64,000 nucleotides of DNA from a bacterium (GTDB lineage Bacteria > Patescibacteriota > Minisyncoccia > UBA6257 > GWB1-50-10), in the NCBI GenBank assembly GCA_021801565.1, contig JAJYXV010000003.1, forward strand, positions 196,894 to 260,893. Direction: 5' to 3'. Positions 18,843 through 29,560 of this stretch are shown here, piece by piece. The first letter of the stretch is position 1; the number at the start of each line of letters is the position of its first letter. Under the pieces are notes generated by a model that made no database searches, had not been told where the DNA came from, and worked only from the letters and a program-made list of their open reading frames with translations. Position numbers and translations under genes: made by a program.

Positions 18843-18860
18843 CTCAAAATTTCAATAACC

Positions 18861-19142
18861 ATGGCACATACTAAAGCTAAGGGATCTACAAAATTAGGAC
18901 GCGAATCAGAATCGAAGCGTCTCGGCGTTAAAATTGCGGATGGACAATCAGTAAAGCCCGGGGAGATTATAATCAGACAGCGCGGCACAAAATATCATAT
19001 TGGAGAACATGTAAAACAGGGCTCGGACGACACGCTTTATGCGTTGAAGGAAGGAATAGTAAAATTCACCACAAAGAAAAAAATCCGATATGACGGAAAA
19101 GTGAGAACGGTAAAGTTTGTGAACGTTACACCAGTGAAATAA
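18861..19142 (+). CDS. rpmA: 50S ribosomal protein L27
   Basis: [38 protein letters not shown]. Confidence 0.97.
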   Translation: MAHTKAKGSTKLGRESESKRLGVKIADGQSVKPGEIIIRQRGTKYHIGEHVKQGSDDTLYALKEGIVKFTTKKKIRYDGKVRTVKFVNVTPVK

Positions 19143-19149
19143 TCTTGAG

Positions 19150-19590
19150 TTAATCCTCTGATTGTATTTCAATCAAAAACTTTATTTTTATTCCACTTCC
19201 AAAATCGGTTTCCACTTCATGTAAGCCGATTTTTTTTATCGGTTTCTCGGTATTTATTTTTATATCCTCTACTCCCCTTTTCTTTATTTTTTCTATAATA
19301 TCTTTTGCACTGACTGATCCGAATATTTCTCCCTTTGCTCCTTTTTTCAATTTAAATACAATAGGATTTTTTTTAAATTCATCGCTCAGCGCAATGAATT
19401 TTTGTATGCGTTTTTCATGATTTATTTTTTCTTCTTCTCTTTTGCGTTCGATTTCTTTTACGTCGCGCTCAAATGCCATTTTTGCAAATCCGCGAGGAAT
19501 AAGAAAATTTCTCGCATATCCATCATTCACCTCTTTTGTTTCTGATTTTTTTCCGATACCGCGCACATCTTTGAGAAAAATAACTCTCAT
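19150..19590 (-). CDS. rplI: 50S ribosomal protein L9
   Basis: MRVIFLKDV..G...EVNDGYARNFLIP, FGSVS, PIKKIG. Confidence 0.96.
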   Translation of the reverse strand: MRVIFLKDVRGIGKKSETKEVNDGYARNFLIPRGFAKMAFERDVKEIERKREEEKINHEKRIQKFIALSDEFKKNPIVFKLKKGAKGEIFGSVSAKDIIEKIKKRGVEDIKINTEKPIKKIGLHEVETDFGSGIKIKFLIEIQSED

Positions 19591-19592
19591 AT

Positions 19593-20813
19593 TTACCGTT
19601 TTATCATTATTGATTTTATCGTTTCTATTGCCTTTTCGAGTTGAGGGTCTTTTTTATTTTTAATGTCGTCATCTGTCATTTTTATTTCGATGTCTGGTGC
19701 AAGCCCCTTTTTATTTATTGAGTGTCCACTTGGAGTGAGCCACTCGGCGATTGAAATTTTTATTGATGATCCATCCTTCAGCGTGTCCACCTCTTGTACC
19801 GTTCCCTTTCCATATGTCTTTTCTCCGATGAGTTTTGCTCCTCTTTGATCTCGAAGTGCTCCGGCAAGAATTTCCGACGCTGACGCAGATCCTTCATTTA
19901 CCAATACGACAATAGGAATGTTTACAAGCGCTTGATTTCCATTTGCATAAAAATTCTTTTCTTCAGAGGAATAGAATTTTTCTTTTACGGCTATTTTCCC
20001 CCGTGGAAGAAACCACCCGGAAAGATCTGTTGCAACATCGAGAAATCCGCCCGGATTGTTCCGGAGATCGAGAATAATTCCGGTTGTTCCCGAAACAAGA
20101 CTTTTAAGCGCTGAATCAAAGAAAAGCGACGGAACATTTGCGTTGAAATTATAGAGTCTGAAATATGCGATTCCATCTGGTTTCATTTCCCAGTCGAGCG
20201 TGGGAACAACAACAACCTTTCTTGTGATTTTAAATTCTTTTGCCTCTTTCCACTCATCCCTGAATATCATGAGACGCACTTCAGTTCCTGGCTCACCGCG
20301 GATGACTTTTACCGCATCTTCCACAGACATATTCGTTGTTACTTTGTCATCGATTTTTATTATTTTATCTCCCGCTTGGAGTCCGGCGGCTTCTGCCGGA
20401 TTGTTTTTAAGTGGGGCGATAATAATTATTTCTTTGTCTTTCATTCCGATTTCTGCACCGATGCCGCCAAAACTTCCATTAAGATCTTCATAGAATTTTT
20501 TTGCATCGCTTGGATTGAAAAAGTCAGAATATGGATCATCGAGTGATTTTACAACTCCATCAATTGCTCCGTAGAGTAAGTTCTGATCTTTTATATTTTT
20601 TGCGTCGAAATATTTTTCTTTTATAAGTCCTATTGTTTCCCAAAGAACGGACAGATCGGCATTGAGCACTGAATTCTCTGGAGTTGCCGCAGATGCCGAA
20701 AATCCGTTATTGTTTTTTCCAACATTTACCCCTATAAAAAATGAGATTCCAACTAAAAATAGCGTCGTTATTGACACAATAATAATTTTTTGTATCTTTT
20801 TTTGTTCCATCAT
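19593..20813 (-). CDS. ctpA: Carboxy-terminal processing protease (S41A, PDZ)
   Basis: LDDPYS, GGIGAEI, DLRNNPGG, SASASEI, GEKTYGKGTVQ. Confidence 0.93.
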   Translation of the reverse strand: MMEQKKIQKIIIVSITTLFLVGISFFIGVNVGKNNNGFSASAATPENSVLNADLSVLWETIGLIKEKYFDAKNIKDQNLLYGAIDGVVKSLDDPYSDFFNPSDAKKFYEDLNGSFGGIGAEIGMKDKEIIIIAPLKNNPAEAAGLQAGDKIIKIDDKVTTNMSVEDAVKVIRGEPGTEVRLMIFRDEWKEAKEFKITRKVVVVPTLDWEMKPDGIAYFRLYNFNANVPSLFFDSALKSLVSGTTGIILDLRNNPGGFLDVATDLSGWFLPRGKIAVKEKFYSSEEKNFYANGNQALVNIPIVVLVNEGSASASEILAGALRDQRGAKLIGEKTYGKGTVQEVDTLKDGSSIKISIAEWLTPSGHSINKKGLAPDIEIKMTDDDIKNKKDPQLEKAIETIKSIMIKR

Positions 20814-20864
20814 ATATATTCTCTGATTTTACCCCATAAGAGATGAAACCACAAATACATATTA

Positions 20865-22580
20865 TTATTCTGTTGTAATAAAAATTTTACTTTCTTTTTT
20901 AGGGACACTTCCTAACCAAAACGCCCATTTTGGTTCAAGTGATGTTTGTGCATTTTCGAGCCCTGGAATTGAATAAATGATTTGTTGCATTTCACTTCTT
21001 GTCTTTCCACTCAGTTCCCGTTTTAATTGATCAATGTTTATATCGGGGATGAATGTTGTATTTCCAGAGGCAGAAACGGTCAATTTTTCGTCGTTAAATG
21101 CAGGCTGAAGAAGTGTGTATGAAATAACGAAATTTTCTGCTTTCATAGGGATATCTCCGGAAATTGTTTTTTTGTTCTTTTCTATAATTGCTTCTTTCAG
21201 TGTCGTTTCATCAAACGCAAATTGTTTCATTTCTCCCTCCTCATAGAGCACGAAATTTTCAGGGTCATTCTCGGGATATTGGAACTCTTTTTTTGTAATT
21301 TGGAATAGCATTCCTTCTTCGGGTGTTTTAAATTTCTCTCCAAGAAGAACAACCATTTGTGCTTGGAGTGAATTCTTTAGTGCTGTAGTAACTGCGGTTT
21401 CTGCGTTTTTTTTGTCCTCATCGGTAGCCGAGAGATGTTCTCCGATTGTTCCTCCGGAAATTGATTTTGTGTTTTCTCCATAAAATCCATTGTATTTGGG
21501 CGTTCCTTTCAGTCCAGGTATTTTCCATCCAGAAGAAGGCGGAATATTATATTCTTGACCCGCTTCATCAGCCACGATTTCTATATCTATTGATGATGGA
21601 ATAATTTTACCGTTTTGAACACGCGATCCGGGGATAGTAATTTGTTTTTCTGTTCTAAATATTTTTCCATTTGGAGATTCAAAACGAGTTTTTGTTATAA
21701 GAATTTGAGGAACAGAGCTAAATGAATTATGGACAGTGAGAGTTCCTCTCGCTTTCTCTTTTACCTCTTCTTTTCCATTTGCCTTAAACGTCATTTGTAT
21801 ATTTTGTGTTGCTTGCAAAAGTTCTCCCGGGAGTATTATTTTTCCCTGATTTTCTATTGAATAACGGGTTGCTTCCGTTGTTATTTCAATTGTTTCACTG
21901 AAATTGATTGGAATTTTTTTTAGAAGTAAATTGATATGTGCGGAAGGGAGTTCAAATATAACGAGCCATAAACCAATAATACATAATATTGCAATACTAC
22001 CCCACACAAAAAGATATTTATTTTTTACTAAAGTTCTTTTCTTTTTCTTCGGAGAAGCAAAAACAAATGCCTCTGTTTTTTCTTTTATTTCTTCTCTTTT
22101 TTCTCTGACTTCTTTTTGAATTTGTTCCTCTTCCCTTTCTCCAGTGGTTGTCTCTATCGAAACCTTTTCCTCAATTTTCTTTTTTCTCCCCCTTTTTGGC
22201 ATTGATTCTTCCCTTTCTTTAGGAATGAGAGTTTCATCAATAATTGTTGCTTCAATTTTTGGAAATTGGATGGATTTTTTTAAACCCGGTAAGATATCAG
22301 ACACGGCACGCTCGCTGATTCGAAACACCGGATTTATCGCTTTTAGTTTTGCGAGTGAAGCAATTTCGAGAATATGATCGTCAATTGATTCAATAATAAT
22401 TTCTTTTTTCTCCTCTCTCCCGAGTTTCTGTATGTCTTGAAATATTTCTATCCCCCCTTCTGCTACTGAACCTTTTGAAATATTCAAAATAATGCGATCG
22501 GCGTTTGTCTCCTTTATTTCACCAAAAATTTTTTCAAGTGTATACTTTTTATCTACAAATATTTTTTTTTCTTTTTTCAT
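20865..22580 (-). CDS. Membrane-anchored baseplate-J/gp47-like protein
   Basis: N-terminal cytoplasmic domain, charged linker, one TM, then KARGTLTV.N, TRF, G..FR, ADEAGQEYNI, GG pattern. Confidence 0.6.
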   Translation of the reverse strand: MKKEKKIFVDKKYTLEKIFGEIKETNADRIILNISKGSVAEGGIEIFQDIQKLGREEKKEIIIESIDDHILEIASLAKLKAINPVFRISERAVSDILPGLKKSIQFPKIEATIIDETLIPKEREESMPKRGRKKKIEEKVSIETTTGEREEEQIQKEVREKREEIKEKTEAFVFASPKKKKRTLVKNKYLFVWGSIAILCIIGLWLVIFELPSAHINLLLKKIPINFSETIEITTEATRYSIENQGKIILPGELLQATQNIQMTFKANGKEEVKEKARGTLTVHNSFSSVPQILITKTRFESPNGKIFRTEKQITIPGSRVQNGKIIPSSIDIEIVADEAGQEYNIPPSSGWKIPGLKGTPKYNGFYGENTKSISGGTIGEHLSATDEDKKNAETAVTTALKNSLQAQMVVLLGEKFKTPEEGMLFQITKKEFQYPENDPENFVLYEEGEMKQFAFDETTLKEAIIEKNKKTISGDIPMKAENFVISYTLLQPAFNDEKLTVSASGNTTFIPDINIDQLKRELSGKTRSEMQQIIYSIPGLENAQTSLEPKWAFWLGSVPKKESKIFITTE

Positions 22581-22589
22581 GAATATAAT

Positions 22590-23759
22590 TTATGAAATAT
22601 TTGCAATAAGCCATTTTGCCCGACGGTGAAGGAGTTGATTTGTGGATTCCAATGTTTTTTGAGAAAAAGGATAAAGAAAAAGTCCTATAACCGAGATGTT
22701 TGTTTTTTCTTCTTCTGGAATGATTGAAAAATCCATATGATGCAATTTTTGTTCAAGTAAATTCACGGTTCCTTTTATATTTTTGTTCAATAATTGATTT
22801 GGTTCTGAAATAGCATGTTTGAAATTCAGGTGTATTGTAGGCTTTCTTTTTTCCTTTTCTGCTCTCTGTTTTCTATTTTTTGATAATGTATTTTCAATTC
22901 CCACAAATAAATCAGAGACAAATTCGTTGAATTGTTCCCTGAAGAAGTGTTCCAGGTGTTTTGATACTCCGTGCTGTGTGTAGTATATCATAAGTTCTTC
23001 GGCAACTTCCTCATTCACCGAAAATTTTTCAACAAGAAATGACAAAAGATGTTTTGTTCCGAGTGGAATCTCATCAATATAACACACCTTTCGTTCACCG
23101 GCGAAGAAAATCTCAGTTGCTTCTTCCCGACAAAATGCTGTGACATCCATTTCATCACCAAGCATGAAATGCGAAAGCGCTGCTCCTTCTTCGCATATTG
23201 TCATATTTTGTGACCATGCACGAAGCGTTTCTGTGAATGGCATTATTTCGCGTGGAATAAAGGTACCTTGAAAACAGAAAGAAACCGTTTCTCCCGGAAA
23301 TCCCGTTGGATTGATTACTTTGTTTCCGTCAAGTTCTATGCCGACTATCTCTATGTTTGCAAGAATAAGATCACTTTCTTTTGTTTCCATCTTTCGGGCG
23401 ATCCACGGACGGTTTAAATTTAAAAAATTCCAAAGTCCCTGAAAAATGAGATGTTCAAGTTCTCTTTCGGTGATGGCATTTTCTTTCCTGTTTCTTTTTA
23501 CGTCAATAAAATCTTTTAGTGTTGTTGCGGATTTTGAATCCAGTCCGTAGATGAGCCGGTCTGCTTTGAGAAGTGGTTTTTTAAACTCCTGTATATTTGA
23601 TCCGGATATTTTATTGAATATATGAAGTGTTTTTCCCCTTTCTTTTATAAATCCTTCAATAATTTCTAATCCAGTTCCTGTTTTTCTGAGTACTACACAA
23701 TATTCACCACGGAGTAGGGTGAGCATTTTTCTTATAAATTCAAAGGTATTTTTCTTCAC
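22590..23759 (-). CDS. Divergent FtsA/PilM-like (actin-fold) protein
   Basis: LDGNKVINPTGFPG and IPLGTKHL...F.V....AEEL segments resemble FtsA; canonical ATP motifs weak. Confidence 0.5.
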   Translation of the reverse strand: MKKNTFEFIRKMLTLLRGEYCVVLRKTGTGLEIIEGFIKERGKTLHIFNKISGSNIQEFKKPLLKADRLIYGLDSKSATTLKDFIDVKRNRKENAITERELEHLIFQGLWNFLNLNRPWIARKMETKESDLILANIEIVGIELDGNKVINPTGFPGETVSFCFQGTFIPREIMPFTETLRAWSQNMTICEEGAALSHFMLGDEMDVTAFCREEATEIFFAGERKVCYIDEIPLGTKHLLSFLVEKFSVNEEVAEELMIYYTQHGVSKHLEHFFREQFNEFVSDLFVGIENTLSKNRKQRAEKEKRKPTIHLNFKHAISEPNQLLNKNIKGTVNLLEQKLHHMDFSIIPEEEKTNISVIGLFLYPFSQKTLESTNQLLHRRAKWLIANIS

Positions 23760-23792
23760 TGTAATGATATTATTATATCACTGGTTTTATTG

Positions 23793-25604
23793 TTATGTTA
23801 CCACTGCCTTAATTCTTCTTGTTCCCGCAGCTACCGCTTCTTCTTTTATGATTTTAAATTTTCCAATTTGTCCGGTATGTTCAACATGTGGTCCTCCGCA
23901 AATCTCTGTGGAATAATCTCCTATAAAATAAACTTTTACTTTTTCTCCAAGACTTTTATATTTTTCCTCAAAAAGACCAATAGCTCCTCTTCTTTTTGCC
24001 TCTTCCACCGTAAGCATCTCAAAGTGTACGGGGAGATTCTCGTTTATCTTTGTGTTCACAATTCTTTCGACTGCTGAAATTTCTTCTGGTGTCATTTTTG
24101 TAGAATGTGAAAAATCAAATCGAAGACGTTCTTTTGTAAGATTACTTCCTTTCTGTTCCACGTGTTCGCCGAGTATTTCACGAAGTGCTTTGTGGAGTAA
24201 GTGTGTGGTGGTGTGATATTTTATGACTTCTTCGGAGTGATCGGCGAGTCCTCCCTTAAAGGCGCCAGCTGATGCTGTACGTGAAAGTTCTTGATGTTTT
24301 TTAAATTCTTCTTCAAATTCCCTTTTATTTATTATGAATCCTCTTTCGTTGGATAATTCTTCTGTAAGTTCAATAGGAAAACCATATGATTGATAAAGAT
24401 CGAAAGCAATCTTTCCATCAATTGAAGGAAGTTTTTCAAATTCACGAAGCCCTCTTTCAAGTGCTATTGCAAATTTTTCTTCTTCTTTTTCCATTTCTTC
24501 AGCAATTCTTTCTTTATTTTTCTCAAGCTCCGGATATGTGTGTTTGAATATCTGAATTACTTTTTCTGCAATTTCTTTTATAAACTTTTTTTCAATTCCG
24601 ATCTTTTTTCCATATCTCACTGTTCTTCTCACGAGCTTGCGAAGCACATATCCTTGGCCTATATTTGATGGAATAATTCCTCGCTCATCACCCGAAATAA
24701 ACACCGCCGCACGTATATGGTCGGCAATAATTCGTATTGATCGTGTGATACCATCATTCGTACCGTATTTTTTGCCCGATAATTTTTCAATTTCCTCAAT
24801 AATCGGTTTAAATGTATCAATAAAATACACATCACAATTATTTAACACCGCGACAGTGCGTTCGAGTCCCATACCCGTGTCAACGTTTTTTTGTTTGAGT
24901 GGAACAAATTCATACTCTTTTTCAATTGTTGTTTGTCGTAAGTTGTTTGTCGTAAGTTGTTTGTTATATTCCATAAACACATCATTCCAGATTTCTACCC
25001 AAAGCGAATTGTCGTCATTGAATGATTCGGGGATTTCGTCTGGTTTTCCCGTCCAATAAAACATTTCCGTATCGGGTCCACAGGGCCCGGTTTCTCCAGC
25101 GGGTCCCCACCAATTATTTTTCTTCGGAAGTTTTGCAATTCTTTTTTCCGAAATTCCCATTAATTTCCATATATCAAAAGCTTCTTGGTCAAATGGCGCA
25201 TCTTCGTCGCCTTGAAATACAGATACCGCAATTTTATTTTTATCCAATCCAAGCCATTTTTTTGATGTTAAAAATTCAACACTCATCTCAATTGCTTCTT
25301 TTTTCCAATACACATTTCCCAAACCCCAGTTTCCGAGCATTTCAAAAAATGTAAGATGTGTTGCATCTCCCACTTCATCAATATCTCCCGTGCGGATACA
25401 TTTTTGGCATGAAGTGAGTTTATTTCCTCCCGGATGCGGTTCACCTAAAAGATACGGCACAAGTGGATGCATACCCGCAGTGGTAAAAAGCACCGATGGA
25501 TCGTTTTCCGGAATCAAAGATGCTGAAGGAATCACGGTATGTCCCTTTGATTTAAAGAATTCCAGATAAAGTTTTCTTATTTCTTCCGTTGTTCTCATAA
25601 ACAT
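23793..25604 (-). CDS. alaS: Alanine--tRNA ligase (short form without C-Ala domain)
   Basis: LFTTAGMHP, HLTFFEMLGN, GPCGPDTE, DTGMGLER, HTTTHLL, EICGGPHV. Confidence 0.96.
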   Translation of the reverse strand: MFMRTTEEIRKLYLEFFKSKGHTVIPSASLIPENDPSVLFTTAGMHPLVPYLLGEPHPGGNKLTSCQKCIRTGDIDEVGDATHLTFFEMLGNWGLGNVYWKKEAIEMSVEFLTSKKWLGLDKNKIAVSVFQGDEDAPFDQEAFDIWKLMGISEKRIAKLPKKNNWWGPAGETGPCGPDTEMFYWTGKPDEIPESFNDDNSLWVEIWNDVFMEYNKQLTTNNLRQTTIEKEYEFVPLKQKNVDTGMGLERTVAVLNNCDVYFIDTFKPIIEEIEKLSGKKYGTNDGITRSIRIIADHIRAAVFISGDERGIIPSNIGQGYVLRKLVRRTVRYGKKIGIEKKFIKEIAEKVIQIFKHTYPELEKNKERIAEEMEKEEEKFAIALERGLREFEKLPSIDGKIAFDLYQSYGFPIELTEELSNERGFIINKREFEEEFKKHQELSRTASAGAFKGGLADHSEEVIKYHTTTHLLHKALREILGEHVEQKGSNLTKERLRFDFSHSTKMTPEEISAVERIVNTKINENLPVHFEMLTVEEAKRRGAIGLFEEKYKSLGEKVKVYFIGDYSTEICGGPHVEHTGQIGKFKIIKEEAVAAGTRRIKAVVT

Positions 25605-25649
25605 CGATATGTATTGATATTTTATATGATTTTCTTATATCTTTGAACC

Positions 25650-25952
25650 TTGACATATTCATGGAGGTTTATTTATTATAGGGCTAGCGCCAAAACAAAA
25701 TACACGGAGAAAGAAATGATACTATGGGCTTGGAAAGGAAGATTCGTTATTACTTTTGAGAAAGCTCCATATAGGGGAGAAAAAGATACGCTCAAAATCG
25801 TCAAAATTTTATTTCCTTCAAAGTCTCCAGATTCTTCCAATATCAATGTTAGTCCACTTGAAAGGGATGGAAAATCCTTTTGGATTGATCGAAAAAATTG
25901 CTACCCGCTTTGGAGATTAAGAAGTATTTTGAAGGAAAAATTCAGTTGTTAG
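25650..25952 (+). CDS. Hypothetical protein (start uncertain)
   Basis: ORF in spacer; annotated TTG coincides with TTGACA, true start probably downstream ATG. Confidence 0.4.
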   Translation: MTYSWRFIYYRASAKTKYTEKEMILWAWKGRFVITFEKAPYRGEKDTLKIVKILFPSKSPDSSNINVSPLERDGKSFWIDRKNCYPLWRLRSILKEKFSC

Positions 25953-26091
25953 TAGTTAGTATTAAGCTATTATAAAAATATGCACGATGTGCGGATTTTT
26001 TAATCTTTCCAGATGGTTTTTAATCATTGACTTAGGTGCAAAAATTGATTTATTATAATGCTAGTACTAAAACAATTGATTGGAGGATGTT

Positions 26092-26238
26092 ATGACAAAA
26101 GTGAGAGTCTTTGGGCTTACTAGGAAATGTGTTGGTCTCCCTGTTTTCATTGATAATAAAACAAATGAAGATGGAACTATATTTCTCCTAATTTGCCGTG
26201 GAAAAGAATTAAAGAAAAAACCAAGGAGGGAAAAATGA
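26092..26238 (+). CDS. Small hypothetical protein, 48 aa (absent from ORF track)
   Basis: GGAGGA SD, MTKVRVFGLTRKCVGLP...; stop overlaps next start (ATGA). Confidence 0.5.
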   Translation: MTKVRVFGLTRKCVGLPVFIDNKTNEDGTIFLLICRGKELKKKPRREK

Positions 26239-26636
26239 ACTCAGTAAAAGCGTTAAACAGAATTGAAATTTTTGACATCATTAAAGAAATACATGAGAAA
26301 AGTAAAGGAGAAAGGACATTAAGTGTTTGCTTTTACAAAATTGGAAATTCTGAATGTATTGGGTTTTATTTGATATCCAAAAAACATCAGAGTCCCGAAA
26401 AAATTTTATCTCTCATGGAGGAGATTGGGGAAAAACTCAAAATAGCTCAGATATGTCTTGTTGAAAATATTGGCGAAGAGTTGTATATTGTTATGGAAAA
26501 TTTCAATAAAGAAGATAAGGATCTTCTTGCAGAAAATATCAAGAAGATAGATATGGGAAATTTCTTTTCGCATATAAACAATATCTTTGGGATCTTCAAT
26601 TTTATCTTCCATCCGTTCGTAAATTCTCAAAATTGA
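26235..26636 (+). CDS. Hypothetical protein
   Basis: AAGGAGG SD before MNSVKALN; followed by terminator. Confidence 0.55.
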   Translation: MNSVKALNRIEIFDIIKEIHEKSKGERTLSVCFYKIGNSECIGFYLISKKHQSPEKILSLMEEIGEKLKIAQICLVENIGEELYIVMENFNKEDKDLLAENIKKIDMGNFFSHINNIFGIFNFIFHPFVNSQN

Positions 26637-26638
26637 TC

Positions 26639-26667
26639 AAAAACTCCACGTTTAGTGGAGTTTTTTT
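26639..26667. terminator. Bidirectional terminator
   Basis: AAAAACTCCAC-GTTTA-GTGGAGTTTTTTT between convergent genes. Confidence 0.85.
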
Positions 26668-26669
26668 GT

Positions 26670-27845
26670 TTAATACCCTTCCAGTTTTTTTATCTTGTGA
26701 TGATTTCTGATTTTTTCTAACGCCTTTGCTTCAATTTGACGAATACGTTCACGAGTGACTCCGAATACTTTTCCTACTTCTTCAAGTGTGTGCGAAATAT
26801 TGTCATCGAGTCCAAAACGCATTGCGAGAATTTTTCTTTCCCGCTCGGTGAGATCAATAAGTACTTCTTTAATGTAATCACGGAGCAACGCTTGGTTTGC
26901 GAGTTGATCGGGGCTTAAACTTGTTTCGTCCTTGATAAAATCGGCAAGCATTGAATCTTCGTCGTCATCTCCCACTGGAGCTTCAAGTGAAATGACTTCC
27001 TGTGAAATTTTCTGAATGTAATGAATTTTTTCGACGTTCATTCCCATTTCATTTGCAATTTCTTCGGGAAGCGCTTCGCGTCCCAATTCTTGCATCAATC
27101 GCCGTCTCACCTGTGTGTATTTTGTGATTGTTTCAACCATATGCACAGGAATTCGAATGGTGCGCGAATAATCAGCGAGTGCTCGGGTGATTGCCTGACG
27201 AATCCACCATGTGGCGTATGTTGAAAACTTGAATCCTTTATGATAATCGAATTTATCTACCGCTCGAGAAAGTCCAATGTTCCCTTCTTGCACAAGATCG
27301 AGAATACTCAAATGCGGGGAACGGTTCACATATCGTTTTGCAATAGACACCACAAGACGAAGATTTGCTTGAATCAACTTTTTTCTTGATATTTCATCCC
27401 CCTTTTCGATTTTCTTCGCGAGTTCTTTTTCTTCTTTTGAATTTAAGAGTGGTGTTCGTCCAATCTCTTTTAGATACATTTGTACCGCATCGGGGAGATT
27501 TTGGTCGATACGAGTTGCATCTCTCAATTCTTCAACTGTAATTTCTTCATGCTCGGATTTAATAAGTGAGGTGGTTGGAGATTTTACCTTAATCCCTTCT
27601 TTTTCGAGGCGATTATACACGTGCTCAAGATAACTTACATGTTTTTCGATGTCAGGAAAGTAATTTAATACTTCAGCATCAGTGACGAAACTCCGCGTCC
27701 GTCCACGGCGCACTAATTCTTCAAGCGATTTGTTATATTCCTCTTCTATTTCAAGAACCTTTTTGCTTATTGGGGGGTTTTTTGATGATTGAGATGTCTT
27801 TTTTACCTTTCTCTTTACTATTTTTTTACCTTTTTTCTTATTCAT
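26670..27845 (-). CDS. rpoD: Primary sigma factor RpoD
   Basis: [48 protein letters not shown]. Confidence 0.97.
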   Translation of the reverse strand: MNKKKGKKIVKRKVKKTSQSSKNPPISKKVLEIEEEYNKSLEELVRRGRTRSFVTDAEVLNYFPDIEKHVSYLEHVYNRLEKEGIKVKSPTTSLIKSEHEEITVEELRDATRIDQNLPDAVQMYLKEIGRTPLLNSKEEKELAKKIEKGDEISRKKLIQANLRLVVSIAKRYVNRSPHLSILDLVQEGNIGLSRAVDKFDYHKGFKFSTYATWWIRQAITRALADYSRTIRIPVHMVETITKYTQVRRRLMQELGREALPEEIANEMGMNVEKIHYIQKISQEVISLEAPVGDDDEDSMLADFIKDETSLSPDQLANQALLRDYIKEVLIDLTERERKILAMRFGLDDNISHTLEEVGKVFGVTRERIRQIEAKALEKIRNHHKIKKLEGY

Positions 27846-29554
27846 ATTTTTGATTTGAGTTCATGTATTTTTTTTGTGATTAAATCGAATTCTTGCAAAC
27901 ACGCTTTAATCTGCTCCTCATTATTTTTTTGTTCAGCCGATTTTAGTTTTTTTTGTATCTCGAGTTGTTTTTGTTTCATGTTTTCGAGTCGTAAATATGA
28001 AACAAGGTCATTAAATTCTTTTTTTAACACTTTTTGGGATGTATCTGAAAACTCATAACTTCCCCGCATCTTAAGAATTGATGCTTGTTCAGAACTCGGA
28101 TCATCTAATATGGGTATATATTCATGAGCAATAAACTCTTTTTCCGATTTTACTATATCCCAAAATTCATCATTAGTAAATGCTAGTGCGAGCAAACGTT
28201 CGGTGATGAGTTTTATTCGTGATGAAACATTTGTTTCTTCAGGATATTTTATTTCTTTTTTTCCCTCTGTAGTTTTTCCCTCTGTTTGTTTTAATTCCTC
28301 AAGCTCGGCGCTTAATATGTCTTCTCGCATTCCGGTTATTCGTGCGAGATCTTTTATGAGGATATTCTGTTCGACGCTACTTTTTAGCTTTTTTATTTTT
28401 TCGAGGAGATGTCTCACTATCTTTTTTATTTCGGCAATATCATTGTTTTGTTTTTCCCCGTCTTTTCCAAAATAATAATTAAGGAGATATGAAAATGCAG
28501 GTTTTGCACATTCTATTGCTTTTGATAAAAATGCTGGATCTTCCTCGCATGCTTCGGCTGGATCTTTATATTTTCCTAACTCAATTGCTTTCATATGAAA
28601 ATCAAACTCTGAAAATATTTCAAAACTTCTTTCAAGTGCATGAAGACCCGCAGAATCATTGTCGAAACTCACGATGATGGTTTCTGCCACACGGCGAATT
28701 TTCTCTAAATGTTGTCGCGTGAGCCCCGTTCCGGAAACCGCAATTCCGTTTTTCACCCCAGATTGCCATGCCATCAGAAAATCCATCTGTCCTTCAACAA
28801 GAAATGCGGAATTTAATCTCGCAATTTCATGTTTTGACCTATGAAATCCGTATAAAACACGGGACTTGTTAAAAATCGGCGTTTCGGGGGAATTTAAATA
28901 TTTCGGGGCATCAGTGCGCTCTCCCATGTATCGCCCGGTGAATGCCACCACTTTTTCTACAGTATTGCACATTGGAAATATAATACGCTCTTCAAAACGA
29001 TCGCGGAACAGTCCACGGTTATTTTTATATGCAAGACCAGATTTCGATATGTTATTGATGTCAAATCCATATTTTAGGAGATGGAGCGTAAGTGATTCAC
29101 CACCTATGGCATATCCGAGTTGGAATTCTTTTATTGTGTCTTCATTTAATTTTCTCTTTTTTAAATACGCAAGCGCTTTTTCATTTCTTTCAAGTTGTTT
29201 TTGGAAAAATTCCGTTGCAATGACATGGATGTCATATAACACCCCAAACTCTTTTTGCTGTGCAGGATTCAAATGTTGAAGTGAAATTCCCGCTTTTTCT
29301 GCAAGGAAACGGAGCGCTTCGGGAAATTCAAGGTTGTCATATTTCATGACAAATTTAATAATGTCTCCCCCTTCTCCGCAACCGAAACAATGCCAAATTT
29401 GCTTATCAGGCGAAATAATAAGTGATGGCGTTTTCTCGTGGTGAAATGGACATATTGCCTTGAAGTTTCTTCCCGCGGGAGAAACGGTGATATATGAACG
29501 TAAAAACTCGACAATATCGAGTTTGTTTTTTATGAGATCAGTTTCCTTTATCAT
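27842..29554 (-). CDS. dnaG: DNA primase
   Basis: [10 protein letters not shown]...[28 protein letters not shown]. Confidence 0.96.
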   Translation of the reverse strand: MIKETDLIKNKLDIVEFLRSYITVSPAGRNFKAICPFHHEKTPSLIISPDKQIWHCFGCGEGGDIIKFVMKYDNLEFPEALRFLAEKAGISLQHLNPAQQKEFGVLYDIHVIATEFFQKQLERNEKALAYLKKRKLNEDTIKEFQLGYAIGGESLTLHLLKYGFDINNISKSGLAYKNNRGLFRDRFEERIIFPMCNTVEKVVAFTGRYMGERTDAPKYLNSPETPIFNKSRVLYGFHRSKHEIARLNSAFLVEGQMDFLMAWQSGVKNGIAVSGTGLTRQHLEKIRRVAETIIVSFDNDSAGLHALERSFEIFSEFDFHMKAIELGKYKDPAEACEEDPAFLSKAIECAKPAFSYLLNYYFGKDGEKQNNDIAEIKKIVRHLLEKIKKLKSSVEQNILIKDLARITGMREDILSAELEELKQTEGKTTEGKKEIKYPEETNVSSRIKLITERLLALAFTNDEFWDIVKSEKEFIAHEYIPILDDPSSEQASILKMRGSYEFSDTSQKVLKKEFNDLVSYLRLENMKQKQLEIQKKLKSAEQKNNEEQIKACLQEFDLITKKIHELKSKI

Positions 29555-29560
29555 AAAATG

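Noticed and set aside
20865-22580. Prophage or contractile injection system
   Set aside because: No sheath, tube, spike, terminase or capsid genes adjacent
24153-24168. parS-like sequence TGTTCCACGTGTTCGC in alaS
   Set aside because: Right arm departs from TGTTNCACGTGAAACA consensus and is explained by coding sequence
23793-25604. AlaRS truncation as a pseudogene
   Set aside because: Catalytic and editing domains are intact and end cleanly; short AlaRS lacking C-Ala is a recognised form in reduced genomes
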